A stretch of 64,000 nucleotides of DNA. Origin: Lingula anatina. Taxonomy: Eukaryota; Animalia; Brachiopoda. A program made the translations under genes and the position numbers. The stretch covers positions 17,484,001-17,548,000 of the forward strand of contig CM120645.1 of assembly GCA_051362555.1 (NCBI GenBank), written 5' to 3'. Shown piece by piece: positions 1-12,440 of the stretch (the stretch's first letter is position 1; each line of letters opens with the position of its first letter). Below the pieces are notes generated by a model that was given only the letters and a program-made list of their open reading frames with translations, ran no database searches and was not told where the DNA came from.

Positions 1-161
1 ATTCTGCATATATTATATACAACGTACAATACAGATAACAAATTTCAAGGGATGCCAATCAACCTATTGTCTTCAATTTTGCAGGAATGATCAGTATTAT
101 TAAAACGCAGCTCTTGTTCAAAAATCAGCTTGATTGGACCATTTTTATGTACAGACACAGA

Positions 162-2230
162 TGTGTCTGTACATATTGCCATCACCTGCGTCTGTCGTCG
201 CCGATGCCGATGCCGATGGCGATGCCGATGCCGATGCCGTCGCCGTGCACTTTCCTTGTAAACATGATAAGTGGAAGGCAGTTTTACTTTTTGGCTTTAT
301 ATTAACAGAGCTGATGAATATTCATAAAACGCAGGTCAAGTTCGAAAATCAGCATGATCGGGCCATTATTGTAGAAGTTATGCTGTTTTTTCACTTTTCA
401 GCATATTTTTCACATTTCCTCAGATTCAATTCTTAGGCATGTTAACAGTCTCATTATTAAACTAATAAGATACGTAAAAGTTTTTGTTTGACATTTCCTG
501 CATCTTTACAACATTGTTAGTTGATTTTGTAAAAATGATGGTAAACTTGTTATCGTGTATTGTGTAATAAAGTGTCAAAAATGGAAATAAACTCATATCA
601 TTGCAGTTTGTCAGATTCAATCATTCACTATGTTCAGAATCTCAGAATGGAAGAAATTGGACATTTAACACTGCTTTATTGATATTTTTCCCATCTCATC
701 AATTTTCTTAGTTGATCATATAAAAATGGCAGTAAACTGTTAATTTTGTTTTATGTTAAAAATTGTTAAAAATGGGAAAAAAAAACATTTCAGAACAGTG
801 CTGTCTTGTTTACATTTTGGCATTTTCAAGTTGTGACTTAGAGGTTCCATGGGCCTGAAGACCTTTGCTAGTCACATTTTCTGAATATCCATGATACTAA
901 TATTTTATTATTAAAAATTGATGGTCATTATGCTGTTAAACATTATGTAATATTGCATCAAAATTTGAAAAAAACCTATTTTGGGCACTGCTCCCATGAT
1001 GACCATTTAAGAAAAACCATGTCACTTACTGTTCTCAAACAGTACAGTAAATATATATATAGGTGTGTCTGTACATATTGCCATCACCTGCGTCTGTCGT
1101 CGCCGTCATCGCCGTCGCCGGTGCCGTGCACTTTCATTGTAAACACGATAAGTGGAAGGCAGTTTTACTTTTGGGCTTTATATTTACAGAGCTGATGAAT
1201 ATTCATAAAACGCAGGTCAAGTTCGAAAATCAGCATGATCGGGCCATTATTGTAGAAGTTATGCTTTTTTTTCACTTTTCAGCATATATGCAACACTGTA
1301 AACACATTCCAAGGAAAACCGATAGGCCTGTTGTCATGAAACTCACAGGAGTAATCTATGTTACTAAAACGCAGGTCAAGTTCGAAAATCGGCATGATGG
1401 GGCCACTATTTTAGTAGTTATGCTGTTTTTTCATTTTTCAGCATACATGCAACACTGTAAACACAATATAAGAAAAACAGATAGGCCAATTGTCATTAAA
1501 CTCACAGGAGTGGTCAATCTTACTAAAACACAGGTTGAGTTCGAAAATCAGCATAATCGGGCCATTATTTTAGAAGTTATGCTGTTTTTTCACATTTCCT
1601 CAGATTAAATTCTTAGGCATGTTAACAGTCTCATTATTTAACTAATAAGACATGTAAAAGTGTTTGGTTGACATTTCCTGCATCTTTACAACATTATTAG
1701 TTGATTATGTAAAAATGATGGTAAACTTGTTATCGTGTATTGTGTAATAAAGTGTCAAAAATGGAAATAAACTCATATCATTGCAGTTTGTGAGATTCAA
1801 TCATTCACTATATGTTCAGAATCTCAGAATGGAGGAAATTGGACATTTAACACTATTCTATTGATATTTTTCCCATCTCATCAATTTTCTTAGTTGATCA
1901 TATAAAAATTGCAGTAAACTGTTTATTTTGTTTTATGTTAAAAAATTGTTAAAAATGAAAAAAAAAAAAAAAACATTTCAGAACAGTGCTGTCTTTGTTT
2001 ACATTTTGGCATTTTCAAGTTGTGACTTTGAAGTTCCATGGGCCTGAAGACCCTTGCTAGTCACATTTTCTGAATATCCATGATACTAATATTTTATTAT
2101 TAAAATTGATGGTCATTATGCTGTTAAACATTATGTAATATTGCATCTAAATTTAAAAAAAAAAACTATTTTGGGCACTGCTCCCATGATGACCATTTAA
2201 GAAAAACCATGTCACTTACTGTTCTCAAAC
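162..2230. repeat. Tandem duplication (162-1040 and 1064-2230) of a repeat element with a GCCGAT/GCCGTC microsatellite followed by 159-bp internal subrepeats (HINE/pearl-like organisation)
   Basis: Both units start TGTGTCTGTACATATTGCC and end GTTCTCAAAC. Subrepeat AAAAC(G/A)CAGGT(C/T)xAGTTCGAAAATC at 1207, 1366 and 1525 (159-bp period); unit 1 has one subrepeat. Family assignment is by architecture only. Confidence 0.8.
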
Positions 2231-4305
2231 TTACAGGAAAGAAACATGGGACTAAAATACAGCTTCAGTAGGCAATGCAGTCTGTTTGGTAATTCTTACT
2301 GCCAGTTAAACGGTTTCACATATTGGCATTTTCAAAGTGTGACTTTGAAGTTCCACGGGCTTGTTTATTATTGCATCAAAATTGGCAAAATGACCTCTTT
2401 TGCATCCTTTTTTCTGTTATTTTGTCTGTACATTTGACAGCTTTGCTGCCTTGTTTTTCTTGAAGATTAGCCATTTTTTGGTTGTTTTATACCATATACA
2501 ATACAGGTTACCCATTTCATGGAAAACCATTTGACCCATTGTTTTCAAACCTACAGAACTTAAGAATGTGACTGAGATACAGGTTGAGTTTGAAAACCAG
2601 CTTTACCGGATTTATTTTTCATATGTTATGCTGTTTCATGATTTTTCTGAATATTTGTTACTACATGTACCAGTATATGTGACACAGAAACCACATTTCG
2701 TGGATAACTGTTTGACCTCTTGTCTTCAAACTAACAGGACTGAAATGAATTATTAATAATAATTTACTAAAAATGGGTCAGGTTTCAAAATCAGACTTAA
2801 ACTTTTTTGTTTTTGTTTCTAAATAAAGCATATATTGTACTGTATTCAATGCAGATAACGTATGAAGCAGAGAATCAGTTGGCTTTTTGTCTTCAATTAT
2901 ATAGGGAGATTAATATCATGAAAATATCATTTTAATTAAAAATTTGCCTGTTGGGAATATTTGTCTTAAAGTTTTTTTTCTTGTAGAATTCTTCTTTTCC
3001 TACATATATAAATGTAGTTTGTGACGTATGGACATGGGTTGATCAGTACATTTTGGTAGTTACATAGCTATTAAATCATCTCACTCTCAAGTGGCCATTA
3101 GATGAGATTACATAAAACACACATTGGGAGTGATTTTGAACTCCTATAGGTTTAGCCTTGTGCCACATACAGTTTCATTTACAGTATTACATAGTTAAGA
3201 ATTTGCTGCATATTACAAAAATTTTGCTGCTTAGTTTTCATTTTGCTAAGGGTTGTCAACTGAAAACAATTTTGCAGTTACTGTTTCAATTATGCATGTA
3301 AATATTTTATAATATTGCATATAAATTAAAAAATCTGTGTATTGTCAACATTAATGGCATAGATGAATAACATAATTATCCTCAAGTTTACTGTGGTGAT
3401 TCTTAGTATGTAAATACAGCTAAATGAAATATTTGGGTAGCAGCTTTATTGGAAAATAAATATATTTTATATATATATGTACTTTTTAATTTTTTACTTT
3501 TTTGAAACATTAACATTTTCAAGATGTGACTTTTCGCTCCCATCTACCTTAATCCCTTTACGAGTACTGGTAATCTAATGAATTCTATATTTCCATGTAA
3601 GCAATAGTACTGGTATTTATGTTGTTAGGCATTATGTTACAGTATTATAATAATTATTTTGTGCACTGTCATCATTATTCACACATTGGGATTTTCAGTA
3701 TGTGAATTTGAACTCTCAAGCTGAAGCTATATCCTTATCGTCCATGGATAGCTGTTGTGCATGATTAAAATTTGGTGTTGATTGACTATGCTTTTATAAG
3801 CAATATTTATTGTTGCATCAAAATTGACAAAATGACCTATTTTGTGCATCTTTATTTTCTGCTTTTTGTCTGTATAGCTATACTGCCTTGTTAGTATTAT
3901 TAAGGTCTCATTCAACTTTTGTTTGCAAATAAATATGATTATTATGTTTAAAAAAGTGTGTTGCTGTTGGGAACACTTACTTAAAATTGGGTGGCAAAGG
4001 ATCTGGGGATCCTGTTTTTCTTTTCAAGAGACCCAAGCTTGAGGTATTTAAAATACAATTACAAAGACGGAAAGTTACATGTACATTACATGATCATCTA
4101 ATCATCTGTGTAATAATACCCATGCATCTTTCAACTCGCCCTAAAACCAGTTGATCTAAGTTGTTTGATTTCAAAAAAAAAAAAAAAACTACACAAATTT
4201 CTAAATAGGGTACTTTGAATATTTGACCCCTGATCTGTATATATCTCTTGTATACAACCAAAAGTAACTATGAATTTTTTCAGAAAATGCTTTTGCTAAA
4301 ATTAA

Positions 4306-4790
4306 CTAATTCAGCTGTCTCATTTGCAAAGCCACACATTCCATCCACTTAATAAGCTGGTCTATCATAATTATAACCAAAATATAAGAATTCCCAAATT
4401 CACTTTGTGTAAACGGTCCAAGTACATGTATATTCAACTGAACCTTTTCCATAGGAAATTCTGAATGATGTAATTTCATTTGGCTTTTGGTCAAACAGTG
4501 CTTTGCATGTTTTTATTGCAAAGTTCACATGAACTTACATACAATTTACAATCGCTATTCATTCCATGCCACATGAATGATTGTTTGAGTTCTTGCAAAG
4601 TTTTCTCATAAGCAAAATGACCAGCTGTTTTTGAATCATGACAGAAAAAATAAAACTTCATTGACCAAATCTTTTGGTACAATTAAGCACAAATGCCTAT
4701 CTTCTTTCTTTTCCCATTTGTAATATAGCACATCATTCAATAGAATCAATTGCTCTTTGCAGTTCCATAATTCTTTCACAGCCACAATAC
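4306..4790 (-). mobile_element. Gypsy/Ty3 LTR retrotransposon integrase remnant (H2C2 zinc-binding and start of the rve core), frameshifted
   Basis: HDSKTAGHFAYEKTLQELKQSFMWHGMNSDCKLYVSSCELC (HHCC motif), then FPMEKVQLNIHVLGPFTQSEFGNSYILVIIMIDQLIKWMECVAL in another frame. Confidence 0.85.
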
Positions 4791-5129
4791 ATAACACAAA
4801 TACAACTCTGACTCTTTAGGTTTAACCAACCTTCTCTAACCATTTCTGCCAATCTGCCACACCAATCAACACTAAAAATAAAATATCACTACCGTCTAGT
4901 TCACATCTTGCAACAAGTCCTATCTAACATGTGTCACTATCTTTCCAACTCTCACTCAGTCATACATAAAGCCTTTCCAGAAATTCCAATATCGCTAATA
5001 ACTAGTAATTCTACAAATTCTAACCTCTAAATTAACAACATTATATACATGTAGCTACACAAAATTTGAAATCGAATCCAGGCAATTGCACCAATTGTTA
5101 TGCCTTTGTGGCAGAGTGCTTTATGAATC

Positions 5130-5225
5130 CCAGCAGCCAAACAACATTGATTCTATGTTGATTCAATGTTGATCCACCAAAATTAACGTTGATTCAACAG
5201 TGGATCAATGTCGTTTGCTTGCTGG
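5130..5225. mobile_element. Small palindromic MITE
   Basis: CCAGCAGCCAAACAACATTGAT ... ATCAATGTCGTTTGCTTGCTGG inverted termini with internal GTTGATTCAA repeats. Confidence 0.6.
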
Positions 5226-5698
5226 AAATGTACAAAGAATACAATACTGCCTGGTATATGTCAAACTGAGGCTGATCATAGCCGTTCAGAGGCATAAGAG
5301 ACCGACTTATTTTAAGTCACACCTTACGTACATGCTCAGCTAGTACACATTTACCAATCAACCAATTATACAATCAACAGTTTTACTTTTAAGTTACCAA
5401 TCACAAGAGAGATTCAAACTTGCACGCCGGACTGTACTTTACTTATAGAGTACATCTAGATTGAGGTAGCAATACAAAACAATCTCAACAAACACAATAC
5501 ATTGTCAGACCTGGCACTTCATGAACTTGCCATGTATGTTATCAAGCTCTTACTTTGTATGCATGGATAAGATTAATAAACCTGTTGAATCTGACATGTA
5601 TACTGTTTGAACTTGATACATGTACATTAGGGGTTCTCATCAATATCTTCTCAGTTGTATTGTATGTTTCATCTTGTTGCCTGGCAACTTTAAGGGAC

Positions 5699-5914
5699 CT
5701 ACCTGGTGTCTGCCCTGTTAAATACAGTGTGGGGGACCTGGTTAAGGATACCCAAGTCATACCTTGGTAGTTTCGGGACCATACGGCCTCCCACACCGTG
5801 CCAGTTTACAACGTTGGGAAATCCAAAATCTTTTCCCGTATGCCCATCCCGGCATTGGTCAAGATATGAACCAAGCCTATGAACAAAATAGTGACCAATG
5901 ATGAGAACTGCCAT
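5699..5914 (-). mobile_element. SGNH-hydrolase-like ORF remnant of a Ngaro/DIRS-type tyrosine-recombinase retrotransposon
   Basis: MAVLIIGHYFVHRL...DFGFPNVVNWHGVGGRMVPKLPRYDL resembles the VLILGHSFVRRL...HGVGGRTV.KL..DL pattern recalled for the Ngaro-associated hydrolase ORF. The catalytic Ser position reads Tyr. Confidence 0.6.
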
Positions 5915-7400
5915 GGCCAACTGTGTTCAAGACTTACAGGTAACTTAAATGTGATGAAAATAAAATCTTACTTGTAAGAATGAATGATCTGCTTCACATA
6001 CGAGTCTCCTAAAGCTTGGCTGGATACGCGAGTCCCACAGACAAAGTCGTAACAAAAGAAAAGCAGGCAGACACAAATCGTATGGAAAACATTGTCAGGG
6101 AGGTGCAAATTAGTAACTTGTAATGATGAAAAGTCCCCTAAAGCTTGGTTGGATCTGAGAGTCACACAAACGAAATCGAAACAAAAGAGGAGTAAGCAGT
6201 CACAAATGGAACAAAAATTTGTCAGTGAGTCTCAATTGGTATCATTAATCCTGAACGGTATGCTTGCAGCAAAGAGCTTATAGCAAAATGAGACCGAATA
6301 TAAACATTAACTGTATAAGTGCGACAGCGTGTACCTAAAAGAAAGCGCAAGATTCAGTGCTGCAAATTAATTATGACAAAAGTGAAGTTTCAAAGCTGCC
6401 GGACAGAGAATTTTCAAGGAGCTTAAAGCAGTGAACTCCAGATGCCAATTCCTGTTCACGCTCATAATAACCCAGTAACACCAGGTGCCATCTCTCTAGC
6501 TAATGAAATTAATTAAAATCAGCTTGGGATTTGACTGTCCCTGATTTTGCCTGTTTACTGTTCTGTTTAGTATACCTAAAAAGCAAATGTTTGAAGGACT
6601 TCAATGCATTATCGTAATACTGATTTGGTAAGTAATAGTGAAAAGCAAGTTTAAAACAATTTTTACCATATCAGGTAGCTCTTTTGGGTGTACAGAGAAT
6701 TACACTAGTACTACTTGAAAGGAATGTTAATTTTTTCTTCATTTACCTTATTTCACCTGATTGTAAGTCAACTGCAGCTGGTCTGCCTTTATAGCTCTGA
6801 TAGTCAATAGCTGCCAGATAATTACAAGTCTTATATCCTTACATTGAACCTTTGGAAATATGAAGTACATTAAAATATGAGAGTTGATACATTGTTTCTT
6901 AAGCATCTAAAAGAGAAAAATAAGTTTGTGAAGTTATCCATTGTTTTCCCCCTTTTTGTGTGGAAACCTTCCCCATTTAGTACAGTCTTGTTGCATCTTC
7001 TATGATCTTCCTACCTTTATTTGGGGGATAATACTTATTCCTGACATAATGTACTTCTGGAATCTTTTATTGATGATGATTTGTCCCAATGCTATCAAGG
7101 TTTGTGAACCAGGCTTTATTTTTCCTTTCTGCTTCAGGAGATAGGGTCCATGTTCCTGTAGCCATGCCCAGACATTACATGTACACTGTTCATTCTCAAC
7201 ATGATGCATTGCATCCCTCCACTTTAACTGTATAAAATGGCTGTGTAGTTATCAAACACTTACTCTGATTCTGATCTTGACTCCGTGTCCCTCAGCTTAA
7301 TTGGGAGCAGTGGCTTTGAACTTGCTGTAGGAGTACTGATACTGGTAGATGTCTGGCAGTAGGGGACCATGTTCACATCGAGCCTACCCGTACCCATCTC
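5915..7400 (-). mobile_element. Probable remainder of the degraded Ngaro/DIRS-like element (gag-like fragments, ~127-bp direct repeat pair at 6005-6230)
   Basis: CCTAAAGCTTGG(C/T)TGGAT..GAGTC..ACA units at ~6007 and ~6136; weak gag-like ALGQIIINKRFQKYIMSG near 7050-7100. Very degenerate. Confidence 0.35.
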
Positions 7401-7973
7401 TGGACATCCACTGGTGTTTATTCTAAACGTGGTGCATGCCCCCCCCCCCCCCCTACACTTTGACGGAATAAAAAATCGGAATCTATTGAGCACACCAGAA
7501 ATGTGAAACAAAAAATATCAATGAAAACATTGCCGCAACATTATCCATTCAAAAGATTCTGCAGTCTCAACATTGGTTCATCAGTGATGCACTTTTCTGT
7601 ACCAGACTCAAGAGCTTTCCATGAATTTTCTTGCAGGTCTTTGCACATTCCGAGAAATGGTTACGCAAAACCTTGCTACATGGAACAACATCTATGTCCT
7701 TTTTCTTTTTTTGCCTATATTTTTAAATGTGGGGTTTGGGTTAAACATAATCCCAGGATGCAGCATTCAAAAAGTATTCTATATGTTTATCTTTTGAAAT
7801 ATTAATATAAAACAATGTTTTTAATTTTCATTCATCAGAAAAGCTTAAGAGTAAAAATATTTACTTCATTTGCACAGACACTGGTATCTGGTTGATGAGG
7901 TAAAAATTATTTTAAAAAATTTTCAAACTCTTTCACCATCTATCTTAGCTAGATGTCACCGCATCTTTTTCTT

Positions 7974-8008
<35 letters not shown>

Positions 8009-9649
8009 ATGTATTTAGGTGACTTACTAACCATAAATACCAAACAATGATTTTGGTTAACATCAAATTTACAGAGTGGCCTTTTTAGTAAAAATGCTGC
8101 CATAATTGCCATAATTCAAAATTATCAGGATTTGAATTTTTTTTTCAAATACAAATGTATAGTTTTATAAATATTGAAAGAAGCTATTTTATAACTAGTG
8201 GTAAAAATGGTGACTTTGTTAACCCATAGTGCAGGACCCATACTTATATATTCATATTTATATATTATGCATATGTATATATTCAGTACTGTCACATAAA
8301 TAAATCGCCTAAACTCTCTTGTTGCAACATTTTTATGTTTTGTGTCTGTATATTTTGCCAGCTTTGCTGTCTAGTCTTCTGGACTTATGTGCTCATCTTA
8401 TGGTTTGCTGAAAGATAATTAAGTATAAGAGATGTCTGCAGCAATTTTGTATAAGTAATATGCAGAAAATCATTTTATAATTATTTCTTTAAAAAAAAAC
8501 TTGACTTTTTGCAGTAAGAATATAGAAGCTTTTATACTTGTAAGTACACTTTCATTTTAGTGTTTTTAAAAGATGAGTACTTGCTTTTTGTTCCTTACTT
8601 TGTTAATTTTATTTTATTATTATTATTTTTGTTGTTGTTGTTGTTGTTAATTTTTAAATACGAAATTGAATAAAAAACAAGGCATTTTCTTATCTTAAAT
8701 ATCCAAACTTATTTATTGAGTTAACTTAGTTCTAAACTAATACTGGATAAACAAAGTCGGAATGGTGTTAATACCTGTTATAAGTACCTAGTGATTTCCC
8801 ACTTGGTAATTCTGGAACTGCATGCAATCAAATAATGTTTAGTTATAGATAAGGAGAGGTGAAACAGAGAAATTAAGGATGAAGAAAACATCAGACTCCT
8901 ATAGCTGTTGTTATATTTTCTCTCTCATGCCTCAGTGACATCATAGAGTACCTGGGTAGGGTGTTACACCTGCATGAAAAACTGATGAAGGATACTTGAT
9001 TAATAAATACATTCCAGTTTTTTTTACCACTTGAGAGTTATTTTCACACTTTCTGTCATATTTAAGATATTTCATTTACGCACATAACCCCATCCAGATA
9101 ATATGATGCGTCTATCTTATTCATCAATGTGTCTGTAGTCTGTGGACAAAACTGAAGACACTGTACATAGACATGATATACAGTGATGAGGGAGAGAACA
9201 TTTAAAAGTGGCTAACTACATGTAGACTCTCTTTGCAGTGAACTTCAGGCTTTTGTTTCTTTATGAAATATGTACAAAGTTCATATAAATTTATATGGGA
9301 ATATTTTGAATGCAGGCATGTAATCAAAAAATTACCGTCCAGATATTTATGAAAGTCTTCATTGAAGTTTTTGTCATTATTTGTCATACTTCTATTATTT
9401 TAGGCAATTTTATTATTTTATCAACAGTATTCATAACTTTCAATTTTAATGCACTTCTTGACAATGTATTTGATCTTTTTTTTTTCTTAGAATTATCATT
9501 TCAACATTATAAATATACCAACCTACTTTTAATTATAAATAAATATTGTTATGACTTGTTGTTGTTGTTGTTTTATATGACTGTGTAAGAATATTTAGGT
9601 CTAAGAGCTCAATCCCAATGAAACAATAATTGCCTAGGTAGATCAATCC

Positions 9650-9790
9650 AGGTGGACTCTCGCTGAATGCAATCACATTAAGAGACTGACATACCTCCCC
9701 CTGGGTTTGAGTAGAAAACAGAAAATGTGGTCATTATACAAGGAGTATGTTATAAACAGGAGACATGCCAAATGATTGCATTTGCTGAGA
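9650..9790 (+). mobile_element. Possible DNA-transposase fragment (Sola/Chapaev-like SHY..YLP..KM..LY.E motif)
   Basis: Frameshifted MQSH / TYLPLGLSRKQKMWSLYKEYV; short motif only. Confidence 0.3.
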
Positions 9791-10217
9791 GTCACGGTGG
9801 AGTTGGATCAGATTACATACAGTAGACCAATAGTTACATTTGGAATGAACCCTAGGTTGAAGTACTAGTGGATACTCAGTATGTCAATGACAACACTAAG
9901 ATGATTAAAAATTGAGTGCTTTTAGTGCCACAACGGATGGAATAAAATATGTTCTAACCATATGGTATCTCTCAGCAGTGATTTAAAAAGTAAAGAGAAA
10001 GGACAGTAATACATGTAGTTTCTAAGTCTAGATCATTCTTTACTACCAAAAGGGTTTTATGCGGTTTATGGAACTGGTTTTGCAAAATTATAGCATCGGA
10101 AATATCATAGATAATAAGTGAAGCCAATTGAGAGAAGTACGCCCTCCGGTATACTGCATAGTAGGCTATGCTAAAAGTCAAAATACAGCAAGCAGGGTGT
10201 TGTTAATACCGTTATAT

Positions 10218-10463
10218 CAGGACCATAGGTTGCGGAAGGGGAGGCAACCACATCTACCTACCACCAATTTCTGAAAAAATCGCACCACTGGTCCCCTCTT
10301 GAAATTAGAATTTTGACTACATGCAGCTGAATCATACATGTAGTTCTAAATCGTGCCAAATGGCACCGTTAGTCCTCTAAAATACCAAAATTTTCGGGGC
10401 CCTTCACGCCCGGGGAGGGGGCAACTTCGCCCCCCCTTTCAAATAATCCTGGATCCACCCCTG
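10218..10463. mobile_element. MITE ending GGATCCACCCCTG (hAT-like), same family as 43429-43704
   Basis: Shared internals GGTCCCC.CTTGAAA, GGCACCGTT..CCTCTAAAATACCAAAATT and an identical 3' end. Confidence 0.65.
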
Positions 10464-10529
10464 CTACCCCCATCACTAACGATTTTTTTTTTTTTTTAAT
10501 TGGGGATATTTCAAAAATGTTGACTCTTG

Positions 10530-11500
10530 CAGCGACCGCCATGGTGGAATGAAGATTTAGAAAATTTAAAGAAACTTCAAAGCTTTTAATGATTTCCGAC
10601 CAGCATTATCGTAAATATAAAGATGCAAAATCCTTTTTTGGGCTAGAATGCAAAAAAACTAAAGGAAGTCACAGGGAAAGTGTTAATTGCAAAGTAGAGG
10701 GTTTGAAATCTAACACAAACGTGTAAGTTTTTGGAAGGCCAATGTCAAAAATTATAGGATGGAAAGTAATATTGATTCTGATACTTGGGTTGAACGTTTT
10801 GATCGTTTTTTGAATCGGAAAGTCGTTATAGATAAAAATCAAAACAAAGTACTAGTAGTAGAGGCAGATGTGAATAGACATGAACAAAATTGAACTTTGC
10901 AATATTGATAATTCAGGGTTTTAATGCCCTATTAACTGGTGATGAAATAGTTAAATATAACAATTTTACGGCCAGAAATATATTTTAAAAAGTTCATTTT
11001 AAAGCATTTTTCAGCTGATCGAGCGATTAAATAATGGATTCGTTCGCGTCAGTTGTAAGAAGCTGGTAGTAGCAATCTGAATGCGTTACAATGAATGTAC
11101 AGAGCGGTTGTCTCGCTTGTTATGTGTCTTTTAAAGGAAAAAACAAAGTCTCTATTGGGAAGCTTCTATGAACATCTTTCAGGTATTCATTCCAAAACAT
11201 CAAATCACGAAGTCAGAGGAAAAACTGGAAAACTCCTCTTTATATAGAACGGTAAAAATGCAATTAAAGACATTAATTGTCCTAAAATATTGAAAGACAG
11301 TAATTTTCTTAAATACGCATATTTAGATTGAACTTTAAAATATTAGAAATTGCTTTCATACTTTCAACTCAAAGCCTATATAACCTGAAATCATGAAGAT
11401 CTAATTTCAAAATGAATTTGGAGATTTATGGTTTTATCGTATAAAAGTTAGCACTTTCCAGGAACGCATTAGCAGCTGCTTTAAACAAAGCAGACATAGT
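10530..11500 (+). mobile_element. Degraded non-LTR retrotransposon (LINE) ORF2 fragments
   Basis: RPPWWNEDLENLKK, DTWVERFDRFLN and NALLTGDEI motifs typical of the endonuclease-RT linker; many stops and frameshifts. Confidence 0.55.
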
Positions 11501-11796
11501 GAACTTGAGGAGACGTTTGAGTTAAGAATCTTTAATTAATTAAAATGTATTCAAAAGGGTGGGTGATGAAAAATATAATGGGTGAAGAAAAAAAAACTTT
11601 GTCGTTTTGCTTTCGCGCATATAACCTTCATCTTAATTTGATTCAAGTTGATACACAAACGTGTCTTCACTGGTGTCACAATGAAATCTAGTCAAACAAG
11701 CTCCTCACGCCGCTTATATCCTAGGATCGAGACACCTTACATGTATGTACTGCTGCATGGAAATAAAAATGTTAGATATATATGTTCAAACCTTAC

Positions 11797-12011
11797 ACCC
11801 CATTCTCATAGATTAGATCGACCTACATTGGATCGACCTAACTCCCTGGGGGTTCACGCTAAATAGCTGTCAGCCGGGCGGACACGAAAGTTAATTACCC
11901 CTTAAAGCTTGTAGTAGGCGGGGACGGACACTTAAGGGGGATTATCTGACAGTAATCTAGTGAGACTCCCCGCGGTGATAGATCGATCTAAAAGTTGTGA
12001 GAACAGAGCCT
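11797..12011. mobile_element. MITE with imperfect TIRs (Harbinger-like)
   Basis: CCCCATTCTCATAGATTAGATCGACC ... GATCGATCTAAAAGTTGTGAGAACAGAGCC; internal CCCCTTAA/TTAAGGGG inversion. Confidence 0.5.
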
Positions 12012-12407
12012 TAGTAAGTCACCACAACTCTAGTGTTAAATATTCACAGTGCTAGAGCAATAGGCGACAGCATGTTTTAATTGGGATGCGTTAATAATAA
12101 TAGCCCCATTCATTTGGGATGAAGGTCTATAGACAAAACAAAATGTCTTGTTTGTACACGTACAATAAGCTGAGGGTAACGTTTTGAATTGCGTAAAGCC
12201 GCATCGTGTCTTCTCTAACACATTCCCATGATATTATTATATAAAATCAGGTGAGCATTTTGGTGAGAGGTATTCAGATAGGACCAAGGTCAAGAGGAAG
12301 AGGAGGAAGCCTCATATGCCACATCGCCATAATATCCACACGCAGACCGAAATTTTGGTACTGAGAACTGATGTAGTTTGTTGTAAGTACTGTATAGATG
12401 ATATAAG

Positions 12408-12440
12408 CAAGGAGTTATAACAATCTGTTATAACTCCTTG
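12408..12440. mobile_element. 33-bp hairpin insertion with 7-bp TSD (P-element-like footprint)
   Basis: ATATAAG|CAAGGAGTTATAACA-ATC-TGTTATAACTCCTTG|ATATAAG; the paralog has a single ATATAAG at 47626-47632. Confidence 0.75.

Noticed and set aside
1063-1608. 181-aa ORF with internal repeats
   Set aside because: It arises from 159-bp (53-codon) subrepeats of a repeat element; there is no domain, it has a non-ATG start, and the frame is not kept in the other unit.
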